Assembly (NCBI GenBank): GCA_017410145.1
Contig: JAFQRJ010000006.1
Location: 21,062 to 85,061, forward strand
Direction: 5' to 3'
DNA from: Tyzzerella sp.
GTDB lineage: Bacteria > Bacillota > Clostridia > Lachnospirales > Lachnospiraceae
DNA length: 64,000 bases
The position numbers were made by a program, and so were the translations under genes. Every line of letters starts with the position of its first letter. The stretch's first letter is position 1. The notes under the pieces were generated by a model, which was not told where the DNA came from, did not search any database, and was given only the letters and a program-made list of their open reading frames with translations. Below are positions 47,914 through 58,651 of this stretch, one piece after another.

Positions 47914-49569
47914 ATGTTGAATTTTCAAAAATATAAAAGAGTGCCGGTCATGAATTATCCGGAGCGAGAATGGCCAAACAAACAAATTCAGAAAGCACCG
48001 ATGTGGTGTAGTGTGGATTTGCGGGATGGTAATCAAGCTTTGATTGAACCAATGACAGTTGAAGAAAAAGTCGAAATGTTCAATTTGCTTGTAAAATTAG
48101 GGTTTAAACAAATTGAAGTAGGTTTTCCTTCGGCTTCGCAAATTGAGTTTGATTTTATGCGTGAATTGGTAGACAGAAATTTGATTCCGGATGATGTGAC
48201 GGTTCAAGTACTGGTACAATGTCGTGAACATTTGATTCAAAGAACATTTGAGGCTTTAGAAGGCGTAAAACGTGCAATTGTACATATTTATAATTCAACA
48301 TCTACTCTTCAAAGAGATGTGGTGTTTAATAAAGGAAAAGAGGAAATCAAACAGATTGCAATCGAAGGAACCAAACTGGTAAAATCTTTTGTAAAAGATT
48401 TCCCAGGACATATTACTTTAGAGTATTCTCCTGAAAGTTTTACAGGAACAGAGTTGGATTATGCGTTGGATATCTGTACCGTAGTGCAAGAAACATGGGG
48501 GGCTACAAAAGAGGAGCCGATTATCATCAATTTGCCGGCAACCGTTGAAATGACAACGCCAAATGTTTATGCTGACCAGATTGAATGGATGCACAAGAAT
48601 TTTAAAAACAGAGAAAGTATTATTTTGAGTATCCATCCACATAATGACCGAGGAACCGGTGTGGCAGCCACAGAACTTGCACTTTTAGCAGGGGCTGACC
48701 GTGTGGAAGGAACCTTGTTTGGAAATGGAGAACGAACAGGAAATCTTGACATTTTAACAGTGGCATACAATATGTTCTCTCAGGGTATTAATCCGGAATT
48801 GGATTTGACAAATATCGTAGAGATTCAGGAAGTATATGAAAGATGCTGTAAGATGGAGGTTCCAATGCGCCATCCGTATGCCGGAAAGCTTGTATTTACT
48901 GCATTTTCCGGTTCTCATCAGGATGCGATTAATAAAGGTGTCAGAGCCATGAAGGAACGCCATCAGGATTGGTGGGAGGTTCCATATCTTCCAATTGACC
49001 CGTCGGATGTTGGGCGTGAGTACGAACCGATTGTCCGTATCAACAGTCAGTCAGGTAAGGGCGGAGTTGCATTTGTTATGGACAGCGAGTTTGGATTTAA
49101 GCTTCCAAAAGCAATGCATAAGGAGTTCGCAGATGTAATTCAGAAGATTGCTGAAAAACAGGGCGAAGTTGCTCCTGCAACCATAATGGAAGTATTTGAA
49201 CAAGAATATCTGACACTTAAGGCACCATATGAATTCTTACGTGCACGAGCTGAAGACCATGGCGACCGTGATACAAAGGTTGAATTAAATTTCAACTATG
49301 AAGGTGAAACAAAGGCTGTAGAAGCAATTGGAAATGGGCCGCTTGACGCAGTAAAGCAAGCTGTGCAAGAAACAACGGGTGCAAATGTGAAAATTATGGA
49401 TTATACACAACATGCACTGGGGGAAGGCTCCCATGCAAAAGCTGCAGCGTATATCTGTATGCAGGATGAAGTGACAGGAGCTGTTACTTTCGGTGTAGGT
49501 GTAAGCTCTAATATTACAAGAGCCGGCATACGAGCAGTATTTAGTGCGTTGAACCGATTGGCACGTTAA
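47914..49569 (+). CDS. leuA: 2-isopropylmalate synthase (yeast/actinobacterial type)
   Basis: WCSVDLRDGNQAL, HPHNDRG, GNGERTGN, TAFSGSHQDAI, GNGPLDA. Confidence 0.95.
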   Translation: MLNFQKYKRVPVMNYPEREWPNKQIQKAPMWCSVDLRDGNQALIEPMTVEEKVEMFNLLVKLGFKQIEVGFPSASQIEFDFMRELVDRNLIPDDVTVQVLVQCREHLIQRTFEALEGVKRAIVHIYNSTSTLQRDVVFNKGKEEIKQIAIEGTKLVKSFVKDFPGHITLEYSPESFTGTELDYALDICTVVQETWGATKEEPIIINLPATVEMTTPNVYADQIEWMHKNFKNRESIILSIHPHNDRGTGVAATELALLAGADRVEGTLFGNGERTGNLDILTVAYNMFSQGINPELDLTNIVEIQEVYERCCKMEVPMRHPYAGKLVFTAFSGSHQDAINKGVRAMKERHQDWWEVPYLPIDPSDVGREYEPIVRINSQSGKGGVAFVMDSEFGFKLPKAMHKEFADVIQKIAEKQGEVAPATIMEVFEQEYLTLKAPYEFLRARAEDHGDRDTKVELNFNYEGETKAVEAIGNGPLDAVKQAVQETTGANVKIMDYTQHALGEGSHAKAAAYICMQDEVTGAVTFGVGVSSNITRAGIRAVFSALNRLAR

Positions 49570-49638
49570 AATGCAGTTTGGTGATTAAAAATTATAGTGT
49601 CAAAGTTGTGTGACATGAGAAAAGAGAGGGAGAGACGA

Positions 49639-50559
49639 ATGGCAAAAGCAACATTAGTTATTATGGCGGCAGGCATCGGAAGTCGCTTTGGTGGTGGAAT
49701 TAAACAATTGGAACCTGTTGGACCAAATGGGGAAATTATTATGGATTATTCTATCTATGATGCCATGGAAGCCGGGTTTGATAAGGTGGTTTTTGTAATC
49801 CGTAAGGATTTGGAAGAAGATTTTAAAGAAGTGATTGGCAATCGTATCGAAAAGATTGTGGATGTTGCATATGCATTTCAGGAGAAAACAGACATTCCTG
49901 AGCCGTATAAGACCAATTACGCAGACCGTGTAAAGCCTTGGGGAACCGGGCAGGCAATTTTGTGCTGCAAGGATGTTGTACATGAGCCGTTCTTGGTTAT
50001 TAACGCAGATGATTATTATGGAAAAGAAGCATATGTAGAAGCATTTCAGCATCTTATAAAGGCACAAAAGGAAAGCGACAAAGTGCAGATTAGCATGGTG
50101 GGGTTTGTGCTGGGAAATACCTTGAGTGAAAATGGTGGTGTAACACGAGGAATCTGCATGGTGGATGAGAATAAGATACTTACGGATGTTGTGGAAACCA
50201 GCAATATTATCAAAACAGAAACTGGAGCTGCGGTTCAGACAGAGGGAGGAGAAATTCCTGTGGATGTAAATTCTCTGGTATCTATGAATATGTGGGGCCT
50301 AACACCGGATTTTTTTGATATTCTAGACACCGGATTTGTCACGTTTTTAAATGAAAACGCAGATAATTATATGAAAGCGGAATATTTGCTTCCTACGATT
50401 GTAGGAGGTTTGCTCCGCAGAGAGGCAGCAGAGGTTACTGTTCTTCAATCCAATGATAAGTGGTTTGGTGTGACTTACAAAGAAGATAAGGACTATGTGG
50501 TGGCTTCGGTTAGAAGTTTGATTGAAGCAGGGGTGTATCCAGATAAGTTGTTTGGATAA
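49639..50559 (+). CDS. Sugar-phosphate nucleotidyltransferase family protein
   Basis: IMAAGIGSRFGGGIKQ, KPWGTGQA, INADDYYG. Confidence 0.85.
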   Translation: MAKATLVIMAAGIGSRFGGGIKQLEPVGPNGEIIMDYSIYDAMEAGFDKVVFVIRKDLEEDFKEVIGNRIEKIVDVAYAFQEKTDIPEPYKTNYADRVKPWGTGQAILCCKDVVHEPFLVINADDYYGKEAYVEAFQHLIKAQKESDKVQISMVGFVLGNTLSENGGVTRGICMVDENKILTDVVETSNIIKTETGAAVQTEGGEIPVDVNSLVSMNMWGLTPDFFDILDTGFVTFLNENADNYMKAEYLLPTIVGGLLRREAAEVTVLQSNDKWFGVTYKEDKDYVVASVRSLIEAGVYPDKLFG

Positions 50560-50652
50560 TAAATTTGCTGGTAAGCAGTTTGGATTCTTTGCAAAATTGG
50601 TGAGATAGCAGTTGGATAGGGAATATAAATATAGTTAAATGAGGGAATACAT

Positions 50653-51729
50653 ATGAAAAAAAGTTTACTTGTAGTACTTGTAATTTGCTTAATGTTGGTT
50701 GGTTGTAAGAAACAGGAGAACACGGATGGAAGTGCAAAGGTAAGCGGTCAGGCTGTCAGCCTGTTCCAAATGCCAAAACTAGACGAAATTCCGGAGCCGG
50801 GAAATCAGAATCTCCTTACCGGCTGGGCAAATTTATCAGAAAAAGCAATTGGTAAAAGACCGGTTGCAGTTATGGTTAACAATGTAGAGGATGCACTTCC
50901 GCAGTATGGAATCTCACAGGCAGATGTTATATTTGAACTTCCGGTGGAAGGTGATTTAACAAGACTTATGGCCATGTATGCCGATTACACGAAAGTACCG
51001 GATGTGTGTGCCATTCGAAGTTGCAGATACTATTATCCATCGATAGCAAAAGGCTTTGACGCTTTTTATGTACACTGGGGAATTGACAAGACGGTTGAAA
51101 GTGACGTGAAGTCCATGTATCCAGACAAATACGATGGTTTGACAAATGATGGGGGTTTGTTTGGAAGAGACAGCGCAAGGAGAAGTGCAGGATATTCACT
51201 GGAACATACCGGGTATTTTAAAGGAACGAAGTTTGCCACGGTTGTAGATGGTAGTGGTGACAGAGTGAATTTGAAGGATGCAAAAAAAGGTACCGCTTTC
51301 CAATTTGCTGATTATGGTGCATTGGTGACACCAACAGGTGGAGTATGCAGTACAGTTTCCATTCGTTTTGGCGCATGTAATTCTAAATTTACATATAATG
51401 CGGATACAAAAACCTATTATAAATCCATGAATGGCCATAAGCATGTGGACGGCAAAACAGGAGAACAATTGTCATTTACTAATGTATTTATTTTGGAAAC
51501 AAGTATTTCTGTGCGAGATACTGTTGGACATAAAAAATTAAATTGGCAAGGCTCAAGTAGTTCAAAGGGATATTACATTTCTAATGGAGCAGTGCAGAGA
51601 ATTCGTTGGTCGCAAAACGGTGAGAATTCTTACTTGAAATTCTATGATGAAAGTGGAAATGAGTTAGAAATCAACCGTGGAAAAAGTTATATTGCATATA
51701 CACATAGCGGAAGGACGACAGTAGAATAA
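50653..51729 (+). CDS. DUF3048 (YerB-like) lipoprotein
   Basis: Lipobox LVGC; RPVAVMVNN, PQYGISQADVIFE..VEG..TRLMA, IRSCR. Confidence 0.85.
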   Translation: MKKSLLVVLVICLMLVGCKKQENTDGSAKVSGQAVSLFQMPKLDEIPEPGNQNLLTGWANLSEKAIGKRPVAVMVNNVEDALPQYGISQADVIFELPVEGDLTRLMAMYADYTKVPDVCAIRSCRYYYPSIAKGFDAFYVHWGIDKTVESDVKSMYPDKYDGLTNDGGLFGRDSARRSAGYSLEHTGYFKGTKFATVVDGSGDRVNLKDAKKGTAFQFADYGALVTPTGGVCSTVSIRFGACNSKFTYNADTKTYYKSMNGHKHVDGKTGEQLSFTNVFILETSISVRDTVGHKKLNWQGSSSSKGYYISNGAVQRIRWSQNGENSYLKFYDESGNELEINRGKSYIAYTHSGRTTVE

Positions 51730-51739
51730 GGAAATATAT

Positions 51740-51768
51740 GGGCAAGACGGAAAAGTCTTGCCTTTTTT
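51740..51768 (+). terminator. Rho-independent terminator
   Basis: GGCAAGAC-GGAAAA-GTCTTGCC-TTTTTT. Confidence 0.9.
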
Positions 51769-51835
51769 ACTGAAAAATTATATAAATATTAAGAAAAATT
51801 TATGCACTAATTTGTCGATTAAATGTGATTACACG

Positions 51836-51864
51836 TTGTAAAAAAGGTAGGCTTTTGTTATAAT
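51836..51864 (+). promoter_or_regulatory. SigA promoter of the polysaccharide cluster
   Basis: TTGTAA-N17-TATAAT with TGn extension. Confidence 0.7.
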
Positions 51865-51904
51865 ATAATATTGAAATAAACTATAGAATAAAAAGGTGTT
51901 TACT

Positions 51905-53278
51905 ATGGATAAAAGGAAATTTGAACAGTACAAGAAGATGATGCGTTTTTTTGCAACTATGTTTGTAGTAGCGATAACAACAGTTGTTTTTATCCTTTTC
52001 TGGAAGGAGAATTATAATGATGGCATTGTACTTCCATTCCATTATAAAGGATATTGGTTGGTCGGAGCATTTTATATCTTCTTTTTTATAATGTTTATAT
52101 ATATTTATGGTGGTATGAGTTATGGTTATCTGAGGAATAGCAATATTATTTTCTCTCAGGAATTATCCCTGATTTGTGCTAATGTGTTAATTTATTTGGA
52201 AACAGTTCTTCTGTCAGCAGAGTTTGTAAGTATAATTCCTATGATAGAGATGACACTGATACAAGGTGTTATTATTGCAGTATATTCTTTTTGTATGGAC
52301 AAGCTGTTCAAGAAAATGTTTCCGCCGCATAAAATTACTGTATTGTATCAGGAGTATGACCCTTCAGATATGTTGCGTAAGGTAAAGGCAAGGAAAGACA
52401 GATATCTCATCAAAGATGTTGTAAGTGTTGATAAAGAGTGGAATGAGATAGTAGGTATTATCGATCAAAGTGAAGCAATTATGATATATGATGTCCACTC
52501 AGAACTTCGTAACAAGATTGTGAAATATTGTTACGAAAAGGATGTGCGTTTATATGTAACACCTAAAATTTCAGATGTATTACTCCGTAGTTCTGAGAAT
52601 ATTCATTTGTTTGATTCACCATTATTGTTACTCAGAAACAACGGATTGAGTTTTGAGGAAAAGTTAATCAAACGTTTGATAGACATTTTGGTGTCATTAA
52701 TTGTTATTGTTGTGACATCGCCATTTATGTTAATTATTGCAATAGCCATTAAGGCATATGACAGAGGCCCTGTATTTTTTAAACAGAAGAGATGTACTTT
52801 GGATGGCAAGGTGTTTGAAATCCATAAATTTAGAAGTATGATTGTAGATGCCGAAAAAGAAGGCTTATCTGTACCGGCATCGGAAAAAGATCCACGTATA
52901 ACTCCTGTGGGAAATATTATCCGTGCTACCAGATTGGACGAGTTGCCACAGATTTTTGATATCTTGTTAGGCAACATGAGTCTTGTTGGTCCAAGACCGG
53001 AGAGAGTCGAACATGTGGAAAAGTACACAAAGGATATTCCGGAATTTGCGTACAGACTGAAGGTAAAGGGTGGACTTACCGGATATGCCCAAATTTTTGG
53101 GAAATACAATACAACGGCATATGATAAATTGAAGTTGGATTTGATGTATATCCAGAATTACTCAATACTATTAGATATCAAGTTGATTCTGATGACAATT
53201 AAGATTATTTTTATGAAAGAAAGTACAGAAGGGTTTGATGAAAAGCAAATCCATGAAATTCAATCAAGAGAGAAATAG
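51905..53278 (+). CDS. Priming undecaprenyl-phosphate sugar phosphotransferase (CpsE/WcaJ-like)
   Basis: IKRLIDI, GPVFFKQKR, KFRSM, DPRIT, RLDELPQ, MSLVGPRPE, GLTGYAQ. Confidence 0.93.
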   Translation: MDKRKFEQYKKMMRFFATMFVVAITTVVFILFWKENYNDGIVLPFHYKGYWLVGAFYIFFFIMFIYIYGGMSYGYLRNSNIIFSQELSLICANVLIYLETVLLSAEFVSIIPMIEMTLIQGVIIAVYSFCMDKLFKKMFPPHKITVLYQEYDPSDMLRKVKARKDRYLIKDVVSVDKEWNEIVGIIDQSEAIMIYDVHSELRNKIVKYCYEKDVRLYVTPKISDVLLRSSENIHLFDSPLLLLRNNGLSFEEKLIKRLIDILVSLIVIVVTSPFMLIIAIAIKAYDRGPVFFKQKRCTLDGKVFEIHKFRSMIVDAEKEGLSVPASEKDPRITPVGNIIRATRLDELPQIFDILLGNMSLVGPRPERVEHVEKYTKDIPEFAYRLKVKGGLTGYAQIFGKYNTTAYDKLKLDLMYIQNYSILLDIKLILMTIKIIFMKESTEGFDEKQIHEIQSREK

Positions 53279-53295
53279 TTTCTAGAGGGGCTTAA

Positions 53296-53766
53296 ATGAA
53301 GAAAGTAATGTTTATATCAAGTACTGGTGGTCATTTATCTGAATTGTTACAGTTGGAACCACTGTTTACTGAGTACAATTCTTATTTGGTTACGGAAAAA
53401 ACAAAATCAACGGTTGGTTTGAAAGAAAAATATCAGGATAGAACTTTTTTCCTGAAATATGGAACAAAGTCACATTTAATATCTTATGTTTTTATCTTTC
53501 TTTTTAACATATTAAAATCTTTGGTTTTAATGTTGAAAATTAGACCGGATGTTGTTGTTACCACAGGTACCCATACGGCTGTGCCTATGTGTTATATTGC
53601 AAAGTTGTTTCGTAGAAAAGTGATTTTTATAGAAACTTTTGCAAACAGTAAAACTAGGACAAAAGCGGGGGAAATGGTTTATCCAATAGCAGATGTCTTT
53701 ATTGTACAATGGGAATATATGTTAGAATTATATCCGAAAGCTGTGTATGGAGGGTGGATCTATTGA
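53296..53766 (+). CDS. Alg14/Cps14F/PssD-like glycosyltransferase enhancer subunit
   Basis: SSTGGHLSEL, RPDVVVTTG, IFIET, FIVQW. Confidence 0.9.
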   Translation: MKKVMFISSTGGHLSELLQLEPLFTEYNSYLVTEKTKSTVGLKEKYQDRTFFLKYGTKSHLISYVFIFLFNILKSLVLMLKIRPDVVVTTGTHTAVPMCYIAKLFRRKVIFIETFANSKTRTKAGEMVYPIADVFIVQWEYMLELYPKAVYGGWIY

Positions 53767-54239
53767 TATTAGTTACTTTGGGAACAAATGATAAAAGTTT
53801 TGTTAGATTAATTCAAAAAATAGAAGATTTAATTGTTAGAGGAATTATAACAGAGGAAGTTGTAGTTCAGGCAGGATATACAAAATACGAATCTGAACAT
53901 ATGAAAGTATTTGATTTGATTCCGATGGATAAATTTCAAGACTTAATGGAAAAATGTAGCCTGCTAATTACGCATGGTGGTGTCGGAACCATTATTTCGG
54001 GATTGACAAAGGACAAGAAAGTAATTGCTGTTCCAAGATTAAAGAAATATGGGGAGCACGTAAACGACCATCAGTTACAGATAATTGAAAACTTCAGTGA
54101 GTCCGGATATATCTTGGCGGCATACGATGTAGAAGATTTAGAGGATGTTCTTTTAAAAGCGTTTGAGTTTAAACCTCAGAAATATGAGAGTAATACAACT
54201 CATATGATTGAATTGGTAAGAAAATTTATAGATGAATAA
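53763..54239 (+). CDS. Alg13/Cps14G/PssE-like glycosyltransferase
   Basis: ILVTLGT, FVRL, QAG, ITHGGVGT, VPRLKKYGEHVNDHQ; TTG start overlapping the previous TGA. Confidence 0.9.
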   Translation: MILVTLGTNDKSFVRLIQKIEDLIVRGIITEEVVVQAGYTKYESEHMKVFDLIPMDKFQDLMEKCSLLITHGGVGTIISGLTKDKKVIAVPRLKKYGEHVNDHQLQIIENFSESGYILAAYDVEDLEDVLLKAFEFKPQKYESNTTHMIELVRKFIDE

Positions 54240-54250
54240 GGAGACTATGA

Positions 54251-55801
54251 ATGGAAACAAAGTCACGGAGTGAGAAGGCAGTAAAAAATGTAACTATGGG
54301 ACTTTTGTCAAAAGCTGTTGTACTGGTGTTGGGGTTTATAGACAGAAAGTTTTTTATTACGATATTAGGAGAAGAATTATTAGGAATCAATGGTTTGTTT
54401 TCTAACATTTTATTAATGCTGTCTTTGGCTGAGATGGGCTTGACCAACGTTATGGTGTTAAGTTATTATGAGCCATTAGAAAAACATGATTATGAAAAAT
54501 TGAGTTCATTGACTGCATTTTATAAAAAAATCTATAATACAATTGCGGTGGTGATAGCACTCATTGGTGTGATTTTAATTCCTTTTCTAAAGTATATTGT
54601 TAAACTCGAAAATCCAATTGAAAATATGGTATTAATATACTTGATTTTTTTGGCCAATACAGTTTTTTCATACTTATTTATATATAAATCAACAATACTT
54701 ACGGCAGATCAGAACGGACATATTGTGACAAAAACACAGATGAAATTTGATTTGTTAAGACAAGTTGTGCAGATAATTGTTTTGCTAGTTTTTAACAATA
54801 TTATTTCTTACCTTGTAGTGAAAATAATGTTTGTATTGTTCAATAATTTGTATTTGATGCGTTGTGTTGATAAAACATATCCATTTCTGGATTTAAAACA
54901 TGCTGAAAAATTATCGAAGTCAGAAAGGAAGAATATAGCATCAACAATTAAGTCGGGATTTATTTATAAAATATCAAGTGTTTTGCTCAATGGTACAGAC
55001 AATATAATTATATCAGCATTAATAGGAACCGTATGGGTAGGAATGATAGCAAATTATGATACTGTCATCACTTCAATTACAGCGTTTATTGTAATTATTT
55101 TTACTTCATTAACTTCTAGTCTTGGAAATTTAAATGTATCAGCAGAACCTAAAAAAAAGATGGAAATATTTGATGTAGTGTTATTTGCTGGATTTTGGAT
55201 TGCTTTGATTGTAGTACCATGTTGCTGTATCATGATGGACGATTTAGTTGCATTATGGTTGGGAGAAAAATATGTCCTTGACGATGGAATTTTATATGCA
55301 AAACTTGGAATGATGTACCTGTCATGTACTTTGAATCCTATTTTTAGTTTTAGGGAAGCGACAGGTCTGTTTAGAAAAACAAAATATATGATTTTTGCAG
55401 GAGCAATTGTTAATATTATTCTTTCTTTAGTCTTAGGGAAAATTATGGGTGTATCGGGGGTTTTATTCGCATCTATAATGGCAATGCTCGTAACCTATAT
55501 ATGGTATGAACCAGTAGTGTTATATCGTGAACATTTTGATAGCAGTCCATTTATATATTTTGGCAAACATTTAGTAAATTTGATTAAATTAGTATCTGTT
55601 GTTATTATTGCAACCATATTAGTGGATTGGTTACAAGCAAATAATTGGATTATGCTGTTCGTGAAAGCTTCATTTTGTTTTATAACTGTTTTTGCATTGA
55701 GTTTTATTTTGATGTTCAAGAGCAGAGAATTTGTATATATAAAACGATGGGGGATGAGAGTATTAGTGAAGAAAAATGGTAAAAGGGGAGAATTGTCTTG
55801 A
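54251..55801 (+). CDS. Wzx-type repeat-unit flippase (MOP family)
   Basis: 12-14 TM segments; LSLAEMG, TDNIIIS motifs; cluster context. Confidence 0.85.
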   Translation: METKSRSEKAVKNVTMGLLSKAVVLVLGFIDRKFFITILGEELLGINGLFSNILLMLSLAEMGLTNVMVLSYYEPLEKHDYEKLSSLTAFYKKIYNTIAVVIALIGVILIPFLKYIVKLENPIENMVLIYLIFLANTVFSYLFIYKSTILTADQNGHIVTKTQMKFDLLRQVVQIIVLLVFNNIISYLVVKIMFVLFNNLYLMRCVDKTYPFLDLKHAEKLSKSERKNIASTIKSGFIYKISSVLLNGTDNIIISALIGTVWVGMIANYDTVITSITAFIVIIFTSLTSSLGNLNVSAEPKKKMEIFDVVLFAGFWIALIVVPCCCIMMDDLVALWLGEKYVLDDGILYAKLGMMYLSCTLNPIFSFREATGLFRKTKYMIFAGAIVNIILSLVLGKIMGVSGVLFASIMAMLVTYIWYEPVVLYREHFDSSPFIYFGKHLVNLIKLVSVVIIATILVDWLQANNWIMLFVKASFCFITVFALSFILMFKSREFVYIKRWGMRVLVKKNGKRGELS

Positions 55802-57567
55802 AAAATTTAGTGTATATTTTGGTTGATGCATTGTCTTATGATAATGTGGGGGCACGAGAATATCGTAATTCGCCTACTCCATTTTTGGATGAGTTAAAAA
55901 GCAAGAGTTTATCTTTTGAGAATATGTATACACAGGCGCCGTATACCGAAGCGGCGTTTGTGTCTACTTTGTGTGGCGAAAATGTGTTGGATAATGGCGG
56001 ATATATTTGGGGACTTGAGAAGTGTGAAAGATCGTACGCGAGTGTTTTGAAAGAAAAAAATTTCTGTACACTTTCTACCTTGAGTCCCTATATTATGTCT
56101 AAGTCATATATAAAAAATGTAGACACTTATGTATATAGTAGAACATACTCATTAGCACCATTAAAATTATACAGATTAGGATACTTCAGAGAAAAATACC
56201 TGAATCACACGATGACAGCTAGGGAATATGAGATATGTGAAAGACTGTTAGACGATGCTCTGGAAGTGTTGCTTGATCAATTAGAGAGTTTACAAAATAA
56301 TGGTGAAGAAACAGTCTTGATACAGAATCTTGTTGATAATAAAGATGAAGTACCAAGTATTTTGCAGACAGTCCGAAAACAGAGGGAATTGTATCTGAGA
56401 GATAAGATAGCATATTTGCAGGAAATTTTCGAACAATGGGATACACAAGAGCTGTTAAAGAATACAAAACTATCAATGGTGAAAAAGGTTAGTGCAGATA
56501 CAAAGAGATATATCGAAGAAAACTATGGTGAATTTTTACATGAAGTACAGAAAAAAGAAAATTCTTTAATGAAAAAAAACCAAAAGTATGACTGGAAGTA
56601 CATACTTGATCTTGCATGTAATGATGAACAAAAATATAGAGGTGCAATTCATACGTACAGAAAGTATAAGGAATTGTATGAAAATACACTAATTATTGAT
56701 GGTATTAATGGAGCTGTGGAGGAGAAAGTTACAATTAGTGCCGAGAGACAATTACAATTTTTTGCTGAGAAAATCATTGGTTTAGACCAACAGAAACAAA
56801 ATTATTTTGCGTTTATTCATTTGGAAGATTTTCACCTGCCGAGCATGTATTATTCATATGATGAAAATAGTCGAAATGTGATAGATAGAGACTTTAAAAG
56901 ACTTGAAGAATTTGTGAAAACAATTCCAGATAATTATAAAGGAAGTCTTGTGGCAGATATGAGCGCTTTTTATGTGGACAATGCGATTAGAAACTTTTTT
57001 AACACACTTAGTGAACAGACAAAAAATGAATTTGTGTTTGTCGTTACAGCAGATCATGGTTACCCATGTAATTATAATCCGCCAAGGCCAATTATTTTCA
57101 ATGCCTTTTACCAAGAAAATTACCACATACCATTGGTGATATATGATAGTTCAAAACCAGAAAAAAGAGTGGAAAATGGGTTGTTTTCTTCTATGGATAT
57201 TATGGATATTTTGTTTGATATGATTGACGAGAAAGAAGAACAGCTAATAGAACGACCATATGTATTGATAGAGTATCCTGGTCCTGGTTGTCCGGTTATT
57301 AGTTCTAAAGAGATATACTATGCTATTTTTGATGGCAAGTATAAAGTTGCAGTAAAAGCCAAATTGGCTGAAAGGGTAGATGAGAGTAAGGTGGTATTAG
57401 TAACGGATGTAGAATCTGATGCGGAAGAGAGAAGAAATTTAATTCGAAAAATAAAGAAATTAAAGCAGGTACAGAAATTAATTGAAATTGTAGATGCGCG
57501 TCATGTGGAAATTGCGAATAAATTTGGCGGTGAAAAATTTTATAAACATATTTTAGGAGAAGATTAA
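55798..57567 (+). CDS. Alkaline-phosphatase/sulfatase-superfamily hydrolase or transferase
   Basis: ILVDAL, TPFLD, APYTEAA, HLEDFH, VTADHG, HIPL. Confidence 0.78.
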   Translation: MKNLVYILVDALSYDNVGAREYRNSPTPFLDELKSKSLSFENMYTQAPYTEAAFVSTLCGENVLDNGGYIWGLEKCERSYASVLKEKNFCTLSTLSPYIMSKSYIKNVDTYVYSRTYSLAPLKLYRLGYFREKYLNHTMTAREYEICERLLDDALEVLLDQLESLQNNGEETVLIQNLVDNKDEVPSILQTVRKQRELYLRDKIAYLQEIFEQWDTQELLKNTKLSMVKKVSADTKRYIEENYGEFLHEVQKKENSLMKKNQKYDWKYILDLACNDEQKYRGAIHTYRKYKELYENTLIIDGINGAVEEKVTISAERQLQFFAEKIIGLDQQKQNYFAFIHLEDFHLPSMYYSYDENSRNVIDRDFKRLEEFVKTIPDNYKGSLVADMSAFYVDNAIRNFFNTLSEQTKNEFVFVVTADHGYPCNYNPPRPIIFNAFYQENYHIPLVIYDSSKPEKRVENGLFSSMDIMDILFDMIDEKEEQLIERPYVLIEYPGPGCPVISSKEIYYAIFDGKYKVAVKAKLAERVDESKVVLVTDVESDAEERRNLIRKIKKLKQVQKLIEIVDARHVEIANKFGGEKFYKHILGED

Positions 57568-57571
57568 TAAC

Positions 57572-58651
57572 ATGGTGAAAAAGTTGATAAAGAAATTACT
57601 TCCTAAAAGTATAGAGAAATTTATTGTTAAAATAAATGCAAAGAGAAAATATAAAGAAATGGAAAAGAAGATTCAAATTGTGCGAAAATCCAAAAACATA
57701 ATTTATCTATTGGCGACTCCAAACCATGGTAATGTTGGTGATCAGGCAATTGCAAAGGCAGAGGTGGAGTTTCTTGAAAATGAGTTTAGTCAGTTCCATG
57801 TAGTCGAGGTTATGTTTAATGAGTATTTGGAATGGAAAGAAAACTTAACTGCATTAATTTCACCTGAAGAAATTATTATGTACCATGGTGGTGGGAATAT
57901 GGGGACAGAATATTTTGAATGCGAAACGGTATTTCGAGATATTGTGAAGCGGTTTCCAAACAATTGGATTATTTCGTTTCCACAGACGGTATATTATGAT
58001 GATTCACCAGAAAGTCAGGAACAATTTGAAATTTCAAAGGAAATATATGCAACCAATCAGAGATTGATTTTGACTGCAAGAGAAAAAAAGTCATATAAGA
58101 TAATGAAAGAAGCTTATGGTAACTATAACAGAGTTCTTTTTGTCCCAGATATTGTCTTATATATGCAGAGAATAGATGCGGATAGTCGCAAGGGTGTATT
58201 GACATGCCTGCGAAACGATGTGGAGAGAAGTTTGAGCGAAACGGATCATAAAGAAATTTATAGTGTTTTGCGAGAATGGTATACCGAAATCAAAAAAAGT
58301 GATACGGTTGTAGACTTGGATTATGTGTCAAAATATATGAGACCAGAGGTTGTGAACGGAAAATTGGAAGAATTTAAAAAGTCTGAATTGGTTGTGACAG
58401 ATAGACTTCACGGTATGGTTTTTTCCTACCTAACACACACGCCTTGTATTGTGTTGAGCAACTATAATCATAAGGTGTGTGGCCTGTATGAATGGATAAA
58501 GGACAGCAGTATCATCGCTTTAATTGAAGATGTTAAGGAATTGCGAGATGCAATGACTGTGGTAAATGGAAAATACGATAATAAAAATTTGGAATTTCCG
58601 GAATATCAAGAATTTAAAAATGTGATTTGGGAGTGTTGTAAGAATGCTTAG
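57572..58651 (+). CDS. Polysaccharide pyruvyl transferase family protein
   Basis: HGNVGDQAI, HGGGNMG, FPQT, AREKKSY, VPD, VTDRLHG. Confidence 0.9.
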   Translation: MVKKLIKKLLPKSIEKFIVKINAKRKYKEMEKKIQIVRKSKNIIYLLATPNHGNVGDQAIAKAEVEFLENEFSQFHVVEVMFNEYLEWKENLTALISPEEIIMYHGGGNMGTEYFECETVFRDIVKRFPNNWIISFPQTVYYDDSPESQEQFEISKEIYATNQRLILTAREKKSYKIMKEAYGNYNRVLFVPDIVLYMQRIDADSRKGVLTCLRNDVERSLSETDHKEIYSVLREWYTEIKKSDTVVDLDYVSKYMRPEVVNGKLEEFKKSELVVTDRLHGMVFSYLTHTPCIVLSNYNHKVCGLYEWIKDSSIIALIEDVKELRDAMTVVNGKYDNKNLEFPEYQEFKNVIWECCKNA

